A stretch of DNA of 46,382 nt, taken from assembly GCA_023252335.1 (NCBI GenBank), contig JAJPEA010000001.1, forward strand, positions 1-46,382. Direction: 5' to 3'. Source of the stretch: Nitrosotalea sp. (GTDB lineage Archaea; Thermoproteota; Nitrososphaeria; Nitrososphaerales; Nitrosopumilaceae). The notes below the pieces were generated by a model that was not told the DNA's origin, made no database searches, and saw only the letters and a program-made list of their open reading frames with translations. Shown here in pieces: positions 29,283 through 38,752 of the stretch. How positions within the stretch are numbered: position 1 is the first letter of the stretch; each line of letters starts with the position of its first letter. A program made the position numbers and the translations under genes.

Positions 29283-30143
29283 TTGACAAGTATTAGAAAA
29301 TTATTACTAGACAAATCAAAACCTCTTGTCTTTCCAGGAGTTTATGATGCAATAACTGCAAGAATAGCCCAAAAAGCAGGCTTTGAAGCAATGTTTCAGA
29401 CAGGATATGGAACATCGGCAGCACTTCTTGGTATGCCAGATTATGGTTTCATAGGATCTACTGAAACAATTGAAAATGCAAGAAGAATATGCAAGTCAGT
29501 ATCTGTCCCAGTTATAGTAGATGCCGACACAGGCTATGGCAACCCATTGAGTGTGTGGAAACTTGTAAACGAGTTGGAATCAGTTGGGGCGTCAGGCATA
29601 TTTCTTGAAGACCAAAAATGGCCAAAAAGATGTGGGCACATGTCTGGCAAGGAAGTAATTCCAAAAGAAGAGTATGCAGAAAAACTTCGTGCTGCTGTTG
29701 ATGCTAGAAAGAGTAAGGATTTCATAATTGTTGCAAGAACAGATGCACGAGCTACTGAAGGACTAGATGCAGCAATAGAAAGAGGTCTACTTTACAAAGA
29801 GATTGGTGCCGATGCAATTTTTGTCGAGGCACCCAAATCAGTTGAAGAAATGAAAAAAATTGGCAAATCAATCAAGGCTCCTCTAGTTGCAAACATGATA
29901 GAAGGCGGAGCAACTCCTGTTCTTTCATCCAAGGAATTACACAGTATGGGATTCAATCTTATTTTGTATCCATTATCTGTGCTCTATGCAAACACATTTG
30001 CAACATTGAAGATTCTAAAGGAGTTGAAAAAGACTGGAACTACTCTAAAACTAAAAGAGTCTCTTGTAAATTTTGATGAGTTCAATGATATTGTAGATCT
30101 TTCCAGATTCAAAAAAATGGAAAATAAATATTCAACAAAATAA
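29283..30143 (+). CDS. Isocitrate lyase/PEP mutase family enzyme (methylisocitrate lyase-like)
   Basis: VDADTGYG, EDQKWPKRCGH, ARTDA, ANMIEGG. Confidence 0.85.
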   Translation: MTSIRKLLLDKSKPLVFPGVYDAITARIAQKAGFEAMFQTGYGTSAALLGMPDYGFIGSTETIENARRICKSVSVPVIVDADTGYGNPLSVWKLVNELESVGASGIFLEDQKWPKRCGHMSGKEVIPKEEYAEKLRAAVDARKSKDFIIVARTDARATEGLDAAIERGLLYKEIGADAIFVEAPKSVEEMKKIGKSIKAPLVANMIEGGATPVLSSKELHSMGFNLILYPLSVLYANTFATLKILKELKKTGTTLKLKESLVNFDEFNDIVDLSRFKKMENKYSTK

Positions 30144-30179
30144 ATGACAAAAAAGAAAAGAGTCGTTCAAGGTCCTATC

Positions 30180-30464
30180 TTAAGAGTTTGTTCTCTTTAC
30201 TTCTATTTCTATAGTAGAAACATTCCTAGAGCGTCCATCTTGTGATTGCATTTGTTCTGAACCTATCTTGATGTTTCCTACGGCATAGCCAGCATTTTCT
30301 GTTTTTCGTGCAATGATTTGAGCAACGTCTACGGCATGGCCGATACTAAGTCCTCTTGCCTTGATTGATATTCGTGGTTGGTTTGCCAACTGTATGAGCG
30401 CAGAAGTAACATACGACATAAGTGGCTTTTTTCCAATGTAGATAATGTCTCTAGATTCGGACAT
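30180..30464 (-). CDS. albA: Alba DNA/RNA-binding protein
   Basis: IYIGKKPLMSYV, IKARG...AVDVA, NVSTIEI. Confidence 0.92.
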   Translation of the reverse strand: MSESRDIIYIGKKPLMSYVTSALIQLANQPRISIKARGLSIGHAVDVAQIIARKTENAGYAVGNIKIGSEQMQSQDGRSRNVSTIEIEVKRTNS

Positions 30465-30517
30465 GCGCTGGCTATCATTTGGGATAATTTAAATCTAAGA
30501 ATGAAAAATTTGAGGCA

Positions 30518-30925
30518 ATGAAGTTTTTGATATTCCTAATTTTTGCAATGGCAATAATTGGAGCAAGTTCTGCGTATGGATTTGATGAGACATCAACATC
30601 AGACTTTAAGATAGTAAACTCACTTGGTGAGGAAATTAAATCTCCTGTAGTTAACCAACAGCTCAACCTACAAACGTCATTGAAGAATTTGAGTCAAAAA
30701 AATATTGATTGGGCATACATAGTTCAAGTGATTAATTCAGATGGCGCAATTGTTGATCTCAATTATGCAACAGGATCTCTTGCAAAAAACCAAACTCTTG
30801 CTGCAGCACTGTCATGGACTCCAAGTGAAGCAGGAAACTACAAAATTGAGACATTTGTTTGGGACAACTTACGGGACATAAATCCACTTGCTCCCATGAC
30901 TACACATTCAATTACTGTAACTTGA
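30518..30925 (+). CDS. Secreted Ig-like hypothetical protein
   Basis: N-terminal signal peptide; YIVQV...LSWTP..AGNYKIETFVW beta-sandwich pattern. Confidence 0.75.
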   Translation: MKFLIFLIFAMAIIGASSAYGFDETSTSDFKIVNSLGEEIKSPVVNQQLNLQTSLKNLSQKNIDWAYIVQVINSDGAIVDLNYATGSLAKNQTLAAALSWTPSEAGNYKIETFVWDNLRDINPLAPMTTHSITVT

Positions 30926-30930
30926 AAAAG

Positions 30931-31004
30931 TGGACCGGGTGGGATTTGAACCCACGATCTCACCCATGCCAAGGGCGTATCCTACTAGGCTAGACGACCG
31001 GCCC
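30931..31004 (-). tRNA. tRNA-Ala(GGC)
   Basis: GGGCCGG...CGCCC TT-GGC-AT GGGTG...GTGGG TTCAAAT CCCAC CCGGTCC A. Confidence 0.95.
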
Positions 31005-31138
31005 ATATTCAACCAGAATATTGCATCTGATTTGCATTAACTTTTTTTGAGAGGTTATTAACGTTTAGTGTAAATCAAAAATTTAGGATGTGAAATAACA
31101 GCATAAGATATTTAACTATCTAAATCAAAAATCCTCGC

Positions 31139-31978
31139 GTGGTCGTAGACAGTAAAGCAATAATTTCATACATACAAATTCAGAAAGAAGATTTAGCGGT
31201 TTTCAGATTCATACCAAAAGAAGGTGAATTACCACAGTACAAGGCTGGACAGTTTCTTACACTTGGAGCACACGTACCAGCAGAAAACAAGATAATTCGA
31301 AGAGCATATTCAATTGCATCAAATCCAGAGAACAGAAAGTATATTGAATTATACATCAGATGGGTAAGAAAACCACTTCCAGGACGTCTTACTACAGTAT
31401 TGTTTAGCGCAAAAGAAGGAGATGAGATAATTTGGTTAAAACCCACAGGTCCTTTCACCATAGAAGAAAAGAAACCAGATGGTGAACCAGACAATAGAAG
31501 AATAGTTTGTCTTGGCGGTGGCACAGGTCTTGCACCATTTCTCAGCTATGCAAAACATCTTCATGCAATAGGAAGTAAAAGAGAGATCGTAGTATACCAC
31601 GGTGCTAGTTATGTTGATGAATTAGGTTACAGAGATGAATTAACCAAACTAGAAGAAGAAAGTCTTGACAGAGGAAAAGACAAATGGAATTTCAGATACA
31701 GAGCTACTATCAGCAGACCAGATGAATGGTTTAACAGAACATGGAATGGTCATAAAGGTAGAGTAGAAAGTTTCCTACAGTCAAAAGACGGAGAAACATC
31801 ACCACTTGAAAAGATGGTCGGCGAGAAAATTACAAAGGATAATACAGTATTTTTCATTTGTGGTTGGCAAGGAACCATAGATGGTTGCCTAGATGTCTTG
31901 ACACCAAAAGGTTTTGTCACAGAAAGAAGCAAACGAGCAGACAAGAGCTTTGAAATAAAATACGAATCATACGGCTAG
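31139..31978 (+). CDS. Ferredoxin-NADP+ reductase-like FAD/NAD(P) oxidoreductase
   Basis: RAYSIAS, GGGTGLAPF, FICG, C-terminal ESYG. Confidence 0.88.
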   Translation: MVVDSKAIISYIQIQKEDLAVFRFIPKEGELPQYKAGQFLTLGAHVPAENKIIRRAYSIASNPENRKYIELYIRWVRKPLPGRLTTVLFSAKEGDEIIWLKPTGPFTIEEKKPDGEPDNRRIVCLGGGTGLAPFLSYAKHLHAIGSKREIVVYHGASYVDELGYRDELTKLEEESLDRGKDKWNFRYRATISRPDEWFNRTWNGHKGRVESFLQSKDGETSPLEKMVGEKITKDNTVFFICGWQGTIDGCLDVLTPKGFVTERSKRADKSFEIKYESYG

Positions 31979-32028
31979 ACAAAATCCCCTTTGAAAGAAT
32001 AATATTCTATTACCATAGCGAGTCTTAC

Positions 32029-32102
32029 AGGGACGTAGGTTAGCTTGGTAGACTGCCAGCCTCGGGCGCTGGATGTCGTGGGTTCAAGTCCCATCGTCCC
32101 TA
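32029..32102 (+). tRNA. tRNA-Pro(CGG)
   Basis: AGGGACG/CGTCCCT acceptor, CCAGC CT-CGG-GC GCTGG, GTGGG TTCAAGT CCCAT. Confidence 0.95.
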
Positions 32103-32170
32103 TTCTTTTAGAGATCCATCACAATTTCAAATAAATGATTGAAATATAACACAAAAATACAGAAAAGCAG

Positions 32171-32767
32171 TTGACAGTAGCAATCTATCTTGCACATTTG
32201 AATCCCGTTACCAAGGCTCATGTAGAAATTATTAATGAATTAAAAAATGAAGATCAAGTAAGAGTTCTTCCAGTCACATTCATGAAGAATGGTAAAGAGA
32301 TCAATAGTAGAAGTTTTCCTTTCAGTTATGAGTTGAGAAAAAAAATGCTACAAGCAGTATTTGGTGATAGTGTCACAGTTGTTCCAAATTATACATTTTA
32401 TGCACCATTTGCAAAATACATGCCTCCAATGTTATCGCCATATTCATGGAAAATAAAAAAGCAAATTTTGGATGGAGTAAAAACAGATTATTTTACATAC
32501 ACAGGTGACAAGGCAGAAGGTTTTGTACTCAATCTATATGGTCTAAATCCCAGAGTAGGCAAAAGAAAAGAAACTTCGGCATCTTCTGTAAAACAAAAAA
32601 TGTTTGATTCTGCAATGGGAAAAGATACAGATTGGGAGAACTATGTCGAACCCGAAGTGGTACAAATAATACGTCAGAGTTGGGATGTTGTTAAAAAATT
32701 TGCAAACGCTGAGGATCTCACATATAGAGTATTAGGAATGAAATTTCCAAGCATCGGATTTTGGTAG
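32171..32767 (+). CDS. Cytidylyltransferase-like (HIGH-fold) nucleotidyltransferase
   Basis: AHLNPVTKAH (TxxH), PFSYELRKKML, SASSVK. Confidence 0.7.
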   Translation: MTVAIYLAHLNPVTKAHVEIINELKNEDQVRVLPVTFMKNGKEINSRSFPFSYELRKKMLQAVFGDSVTVVPNYTFYAPFAKYMPPMLSPYSWKIKKQILDGVKTDYFTYTGDKAEGFVLNLYGLNPRVGKRKETSASSVKQKMFDSAMGKDTDWENYVEPEVVQIIRQSWDVVKKFANAEDLTYRVLGMKFPSIGFW

Positions 32768-32803
32768 AAATAGATTAATTATAGACAGATTCGGTTTTTC
32801 AAT

Positions 32804-33721
32804 ATGAAACCTTTTGTTCCAAAATTTGTCTGGTTTGATGGCAAAATAGTAAGAGATGAAGATGCAAAGGTTCCAGTCATGACTCATGCCATACATTATG
32901 GAACTTCGGTTTTTGAAGGGTTAAGAGGATATTGGAATTCCAAGAACTTGAATATCTTCAGATTGCAAGATCATATCAAGAGATTTAGAAATTCAGGCAA
33001 AGTATATTCAATCTCTCTTAGATTTACAGACAAAGAAATTGCCAATGCAATAATTCAGATTTGTAAAAAAAATAATGTTAAAGAATCATGCTATATACGA
33101 CCATTTTATTTTGTAGGCAAACATGGAATCAATCTCCACGTAACTGAAAAGACTCCAACACATGCGGCCATAGTCATGTTTCCTTTTGGAGAACTGTTTA
33201 ACAAAAATGGAATAAAAGTAGGTATATCTTCATGGAGACGAATTAACGACATCTCTACACCTCCACTTGCAAAGATGGGTGGAAACTATCTCAATTCCAT
33301 ACTAGCAACACAAGAATCAAAGAGAAATGGGTATGATGAAGCCATCTTGTTAGATCACCTAGGAAACATAAGCGAGGCCCCTGGTGAGAACATCTTTGTT
33401 GTAAGAAATGAAAAGTTACTAATACCTCCACTTAGTTCATCAGCGTTAGAGGGAATAACAAAAGATTCAGTAATCAAGATAGCAGAAGATCTTGGATATC
33501 AAATAATAGAGCGGGAAATTCCTAGAACAGAGATTTATTTTGCTGATGAAGTATTTCTGACAGGAACTGCAGCAGAAATAACTCCAGTTATTTCAGTAGA
33601 CAACAAGCAAGTAGGAGATGGCAAGGTAGGAAAGATTACAGGAGACATTAGAAAGATCTACTCAGATATTACCATGGGTAAAAATAAGAAATACTCAAAA
33701 TGGATAACATCGGTGTACTAG
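32804..33721 (+). CDS. ilvE: Branched-chain amino acid aminotransferase
   Basis: HAIHYGTSVFEG, AKMGGNY, GENIF, LEGIT, GTAAEITPV. Confidence 0.93.
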   Translation: MKPFVPKFVWFDGKIVRDEDAKVPVMTHAIHYGTSVFEGLRGYWNSKNLNIFRLQDHIKRFRNSGKVYSISLRFTDKEIANAIIQICKKNNVKESCYIRPFYFVGKHGINLHVTEKTPTHAAIVMFPFGELFNKNGIKVGISSWRRINDISTPPLAKMGGNYLNSILATQESKRNGYDEAILLDHLGNISEAPGENIFVVRNEKLLIPPLSSSALEGITKDSVIKIAEDLGYQIIEREIPRTEIYFADEVFLTGTAAEITPVISVDNKQVGDGKVGKITGDIRKIYSDITMGKNKKYSKWITSVY

Positions 33722-33722
33722 T

Positions 33723-34658
33723 ATGAAGATAGTTCAGATAGGTACTGGTGGTTTTGGAAAAAATCATGTAAGAATTCTTTCTCAACTTGGAGTTCTTTCA
33801 GCCATATGTGACATGAATACCTCTCGTGCAAAAGAAATGAGTGAAAAATATTCTGTAAATCACTATTCATCTCTAGATTCTCTCATGGATTCAGAAAAAT
33901 TTGATGCAGCATTTGTGTGTACACCTACTTCAACTCACTTTGATTTGGCAAAAAAACTCTTGGAACAAAAGAAAAATGTTTTTGTAGAAAAGCCAATGAC
34001 TTATCTATCCAATGAAGGAGAAGACCTTCTCAAATTAGCCAAGAAAAACAAGGTAATACTCACAAGTGGATACATAGAGCGATTCAATCCTGCTGTTTCA
34101 CTTGTCAAAGAATATGTCAAGACCAAAAAGTATGGAGAATTGATCATGCTTGAATTTCACAGAGAAAACAGGATGCCAAATCACATAAAAGATGTGGGAA
34201 TTATCTATGACACGTCAGTACACGATATTGATACTGCCATGTGGTTATTTGATGACGTGCCAGAAGTAGTATTTGCAAGATCTGGAAAAATAAGACATGA
34301 ACATGAAGATTTTGCAACAATCATGCTTGGTTTCAAAGATAACAGGGTTGCAATCATATCATCAAATTGGATTACTCCAATTCGTGTAAGGAAATTTAAT
34401 GCTGTATGTGGTGATGCCATAATTTCCTCTGATTTTATCACGCAAGAGGTAAAGATCGAAACTAGTTCAGGAGCAGAGATACCAAGAAAAGAGATGGAAG
34501 AGCCTTTGCTTTTAGAGATAAAGAATTTCATATCTGCAATAGAAGGAAAAGAGAACATCAGAGTAAGGGCAGAAGATGCTGTAAACACCACCAAAATTGC
34601 AGAAGCGGCACTTTTATCTAGCCAGAAAGGAACTCCAATTTATCTGAATTTAAAATGA
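33723..34658 (+). CDS. Gfo/Idh/MocA oxidoreductase (WbpB-like)
   Basis: IGTGGFGKNH, VEKP, ERFNP, DTSVHDID. Confidence 0.88.
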   Translation: MKIVQIGTGGFGKNHVRILSQLGVLSAICDMNTSRAKEMSEKYSVNHYSSLDSLMDSEKFDAAFVCTPTSTHFDLAKKLLEQKKNVFVEKPMTYLSNEGEDLLKLAKKNKVILTSGYIERFNPAVSLVKEYVKTKKYGELIMLEFHRENRMPNHIKDVGIIYDTSVHDIDTAMWLFDDVPEVVFARSGKIRHEHEDFATIMLGFKDNRVAIISSNWITPIRVRKFNAVCGDAIISSDFITQEVKIETSSGAEIPRKEMEEPLLLEIKNFISAIEGKENIRVRAEDAVNTTKIAEAALLSSQKGTPIYLNLK

Positions 34659-34924
34659 ACAGAAAACTAATGGAAATTCTTGCATGTCCAATAGATAAGC
34701 ACTTTCCACTAGAGTTGGTAGAACTAATTTCAAAAGAAGAGATTATTTCAGAGGGCACAATATTTTGTTCAAAATGTTCCAGGTATTATCCAATAATAGA
34801 AGAGATTCCCATAATGTTGCCTGATGAATTGAGGGATAAAAACCAGGATATCGAATTCTTGAACAAGCACAAGAATACACTTCCTGACAAGATTGTTACA
34901 AAAGGCGTTCCATGGCACCTGTGA
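34655..34924 (+). CDS. Trm112-family protein
   Basis: LMEILACPIDK...CSKC.RYYPIIEEIPIML. Confidence 0.88.
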   Translation: MNRKLMEILACPIDKHFPLELVELISKEEIISEGTIFCSKCSRYYPIIEEIPIMLPDELRDKNQDIEFLNKHKNTLPDKIVTKGVPWHL

Positions 34925-34930
34925 TAAGAA

Positions 34931-35407
34931 ATGGTTACAAATTTTATTTCTGAGAAAGCCAAACTTGGAAAAAATGTGAGAATATGGCATTTTGCATATG
35001 TAGGAGATGATACAGAGATTGGAGACAATGTCAAGATTGGTTCACTTGCACATGTTGATTACAATGTAAAGATAGGAGAAAACACAATGATAGAGGGACT
35101 TGTCTACATACCACCACTTTCAAGAATTGGAAAAAATGTCTTCATAGGTCCAGCCGCATCTTTAACTAACGATCCCTACCCAGCGAGTAAAAAAATGATA
35201 GGAGTTATTATAGAAGACGGAGCAGTCATAGGCTCAAGAGCAGTCATAAAGGCAGGAGTCAAAATAGGAAAAAATAGTGTTGTAGCAATGGGAGCCGTGG
35301 TTACAAAGGATGTTCCACCTAATTGTGTAGTAGTTGGAGTTCCAGCCAAGGTCAAGTATTCAAGAGAAGAATACGACAAGAAAAAGATAACGTGGGAAAA
35401 CAGCTAG
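34931..35407 (+). CDS. Hexapeptide-repeat N-acetyltransferase (WbpD-like)
   Basis: IWHF, IGxNV repeats, TNDPYP, VGVPAK. Confidence 0.88.
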   Translation: MVTNFISEKAKLGKNVRIWHFAYVGDDTEIGDNVKIGSLAHVDYNVKIGENTMIEGLVYIPPLSRIGKNVFIGPAASLTNDPYPASKKMIGVIIEDGAVIGSRAVIKAGVKIGKNSVVAMGAVVTKDVPPNCVVVGVPAKVKYSREEYDKKKITWENS

Positions 35408-35637
35408 TGACGTATCTGTTTATGAAATATCCAATTCTTAACTTTTGACATTATCAAGATCCAAAGTGCTACAAGCGAAATTGCAATACCTGCTTTTACA
35501 ATAGAATCTAGTATGCCACCTAGATTGCCAAATCCCTGTATTGAAATGTGTGCAATGACTGGTACAATAAGTGCGCCTCCAGCAATTATCAATAACCACA
35601 TTACAAATACGTAGAAAAAAATTGGAGTACCCTTCAT
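35404..35637 (-). CDS. Small two-TM membrane protein
   Basis: Two hydrophobic helices; start overlaps the stop of the upstream glycosyltransferase. Confidence 0.7.
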   Translation of the reverse strand: MKGTPIFFYVFVMWLLIIAGGALIVPVIAHISIQGFGNLGGILDSIVKAGIAISLVALWILIMSKVKNWIFHKQIRH

Positions 35638-36632
35638 AGCCTAATTTCCATCATGAAAGCTGTTATTATTGCAAGTGCTGCAGAAAATAATGCCAGCCTA
35701 AATATCACAAATCCTACTTGTTTTTCAGTAAGAGGTCCATTTGCCAAGATCAACCTCACAAGTGTCACTGGAGCAGATTTGTCAGTACTTGCCATCAACT
35801 TGAAATCTTCAGTGTGAACAACTGGACTTGCTTTTATTTGCCTATGTTCAACTATTCGTTTTACACTAGAAAGGAACAGAAAAGAGTTTATCACTGCAGG
35901 AAGCAATGCAATTGCTGCAACAATTTCAACATGACCTATGATAGACAATGCTCCATACATTGCTCCCAGAGTTAGTGCGCCAGAGTCTCCTGGAAATATT
36001 TTACTTGGAATTTTGTGATACTTGTAGAATGCCAACGACACAAACCCTAGAGGTAAACTTGCCAACGCAGTGTCATAATGATGTACAATGACCAGACAAA
36101 TAGTGAGTGCAAAACTTGCAATTGTCATAAATCCGCTTGCAACGCCATTTAGTACATCAATAGAGTTTACAGTATTTCCCATAACTGGAATGATAATAAC
36201 TACCAGTCCCAAATACAATTCTGGAATCTTGACTGAACCAAATAGTGGAAAGGCAAGATGTGGAGGAGTATACGCTCCAAGTAAGATAATAGGCAACGCA
36301 GAAGCTGCAAGAGCAAGCGGTTTGAACCACCCACCAAGTACTTTTCTATCATCGGCAAAGCCAACAAGAAAAGCAAGCGAAGTTGTAATGATAATTGCAA
36401 GTATATCAGTGGAAGCAAAAAAGGCATAGAGTGTAAGTTCAGAAGCAAGAATTCCTGCAAGAATTGATGGTCCGCCAGGACGGGCAACCATCGTTGCAAC
36501 TTCCTTGTTGTAATCTTTTACAACCATGTTTCTTTTTGTTAGTACTTTGATCAGACTTGGAGTAATCGCATAAACGGTAACAAATGCTATTGCTGAAATC
36601 AGTATTCCTATGATGGTTTTATCCAGCATCAT
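35634..36632 (-). CDS. UDP-GlcNAc:dolichol-phosphate GlcNAc-1-P transferase (AglH/GPT/MraY family)
   Basis: GFADD, NTVNSIDVLNG, IFPGDSGAL. Confidence 0.88.
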   Translation of the reverse strand: MMLDKTIIGILISAIAFVTVYAITPSLIKVLTKRNMVVKDYNKEVATMVARPGGPSILAGILASELTLYAFFASTDILAIIITTSLAFLVGFADDRKVLGGWFKPLALAASALPIILLGAYTPPHLAFPLFGSVKIPELYLGLVVIIIPVMGNTVNSIDVLNGVASGFMTIASFALTICLVIVHHYDTALASLPLGFVSLAFYKYHKIPSKIFPGDSGALTLGAMYGALSIIGHVEIVAAIALLPAVINSFLFLSSVKRIVEHRQIKASPVVHTEDFKLMASTDKSAPVTLVRLILANGPLTEKQVGFVIFRLALFSAALAIITAFMMEIRL

Positions 36633-38752
36633 CTTATCTTTTTCAGGTGTGTCTTTATGTTTTCTGCAATAATTGGTCCTATCTTGTCTATTTTAGCTAG
36701 TTTTTCAACAGATATTGAAGCCAAATCCTCTCTAGTTTTTATGCCATTTTTGAAGAGTACCCTGGCTCTTACTCTTCCAATACCTTTTACTTGTACCAGA
36801 TCAACAAGTTCTTCTTTTATGCCATATGTCACCCTAGACCTTAGGAAATCAATCTCAGACAATATCGCGTCTTTTTTTTCTAGTTTTGCAATCTCATAAA
36901 GAGCATGGATTAACCAGTCTGCAGTGTCTACCATTCTATGCATATCACCAGATTCTATACCAAAATTATCAGACAGGAATATTTCGCTTGATTCATTTAT
37001 CCAAGCGTGTATTGCAAGAAGACTTCGGTTACAGTCGTATTCAGATATAGGTTCTATTAGTTGATCAGCGTAATTTTCAATCAAGGTACTCAGAAACTCG
37101 TAATCTTTATTTCGTAATGAAAACTTTGGAAAGAAATCCTCTGATATTGTAATCAAATGCAGCAGACCAAGAGTATGTCCTTTTTTTGTAATTAATTCCA
37201 AGGATTTTCTAAACAAAACTGCTGTAAGAGGATCGATATACAATGTGGAGGTTTTTTTGCCAAATTCTGTAGCAATATACCTATTTCCTTTTTGTTTTAC
37301 AAGTTCTTCTGATTCTAGATATCGTAAAGCTATCTGAATGTGGAATTTTATCGTGGTTTTTCTTTCTTGCGAACCAGAAAGGGTCTTTGAAAAGAATTCT
37401 ACAATGTCTTCTCCCTTGATACCAGGATTTGTTGATACAAAACTGAGAAGATGAATTCGTAATGCCTTGTCTCCTGTAAGTTTTGAAGAGATTGGTTCAG
37501 GCGTTCCGTTAATGTAATAATCAAAAATCTCATCGCTATTTGAATTGCCCACAATTATTGCCTCACCATATTTGTCATATTGCGGTCTGCCTGCACGGCC
37601 ACACAGTTGTTTATACTCCAATACACTGATTGGCTTGTTTACGCCATATTTTGCATCATATCTAGACACATTAGCAATAACCACTCTTCTTGCTGGAAGA
37701 TTTACTCCAGCAGCCAAGGTAGGTGTAGATGCCAAAATCTTTATTCTTTTGTTCCTAAATTCAGATTCAATTAGATCTCTGCAGTTTGGGTTAAGACCAG
37801 CATGATGAAACGCTACTCCATTTTTAACTAGACCTGCCAGTGTTTTAACAAGTTCAGTATGTTCATTATCATCCAAGATTTTTTGCGAGATTTCTCCCAA
37901 TGTTTTTTTCTCTTCACTGTTCAGAGTCTTTGATACAGCCTCTGATGCCTTTGTGGCAAGAGAGACAGAACGTGTCCTTGTTTCTGCAAATAAAATTGCC
38001 TGACCTCCATTATTTATAGAATCAAGTCCCAAGTCAACTGGCGGTCCCCTAATGCTTGTTTGAACTTCAAATTTTTTCCTGTCTTGCATGGTAACTATAC
38101 CTTGATCATAGACTCCTTCTGACAATGGTACTGGTCTCCACTCACTGTGAACTAGCTTACACTCTAACCAATCAGCAATCTCATCAGCATTAGTAACAGT
38201 AGCACTTAGAGCAAGTATTTGCGGTTTTTGTGGTAATAGTTTTAGCTTTGTAAGTACAATTTCAAGAGTCGGGCCTCTATCATCATCACCCAACAGATGT
38301 ACTTCGTCTGCTATTACAAGACTTATTTGATCTAACCACTCTGCACCTTGTCTTATGATAGAATCCATTTTTTCATTTGTCAGTACAAGAATATCGTTTT
38401 GGCCCAGGTTCTTGTCAGATATATCAAAATCACCGGTAGATATTTGGATCTTCAAATTTTTCCCAAGACCATCGGAACCAAGTTTTTTAAATTCATTGAA
38501 TTTTTCAGAAGCCAAGGCCTTTAGAGGACTGAGATAGATTATTTTTCCCCTCTTGTCAGAAACATGTTTTATTATTGCAAGAATAGCAAGCAATGTCTTG
38601 CCACTTGCTGTTGGAGCAGAGACCAAAATGCTTTTTCCTTCAAGCAATCCAGCTTTGACAGTCTTTTCCTGAGGAGGATATAGACTCACATAACCATTTT
38701 TTTGTAGAAATTCAATTGTAGTAGGAGGAATGTCTAACTGTTCTATTTTCAT
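36629..38752 (-). CDS. hel308: Hel308/Hjm SF2 DNA helicase
   Basis: APTASGKT, DEVH, LSAT, FHHAGL, TLAAGVNLPA, GRAGRP, C-terminal HhH. Confidence 0.92.
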   Translation of the reverse strand: MKIEQLDIPPTTIEFLQKNGYVSLYPPQEKTVKAGLLEGKSILVSAPTASGKTLLAILAIIKHVSDKRGKIIYLSPLKALASEKFNEFKKLGSDGLGKNLKIQISTGDFDISDKNLGQNDILVLTNEKMDSIIRQGAEWLDQISLVIADEVHLLGDDDRGPTLEIVLTKLKLLPQKPQILALSATVTNADEIADWLECKLVHSEWRPVPLSEGVYDQGIVTMQDRKKFEVQTSIRGPPVDLGLDSINNGGQAILFAETRTRSVSLATKASEAVSKTLNSEEKKTLGEISQKILDDNEHTELVKTLAGLVKNGVAFHHAGLNPNCRDLIESEFRNKRIKILASTPTLAAGVNLPARRVVIANVSRYDAKYGVNKPISVLEYKQLCGRAGRPQYDKYGEAIIVGNSNSDEIFDYYINGTPEPISSKLTGDKALRIHLLSFVSTNPGIKGEDIVEFFSKTLSGSQERKTTIKFHIQIALRYLESEELVKQKGNRYIATEFGKKTSTLYIDPLTAVLFRKSLELITKKGHTLGLLHLITISEDFFPKFSLRNKDYEFLSTLIENYADQLIEPISEYDCNRSLLAIHAWINESSEIFLSDNFGIESGDMHRMVDTADWLIHALYEIAKLEKKDAILSEIDFLRSRVTYGIKEELVDLVQVKGIGRVRARVLFKNGIKTREDLASISVEKLAKIDKIGPIIAENIKTHLKKIR

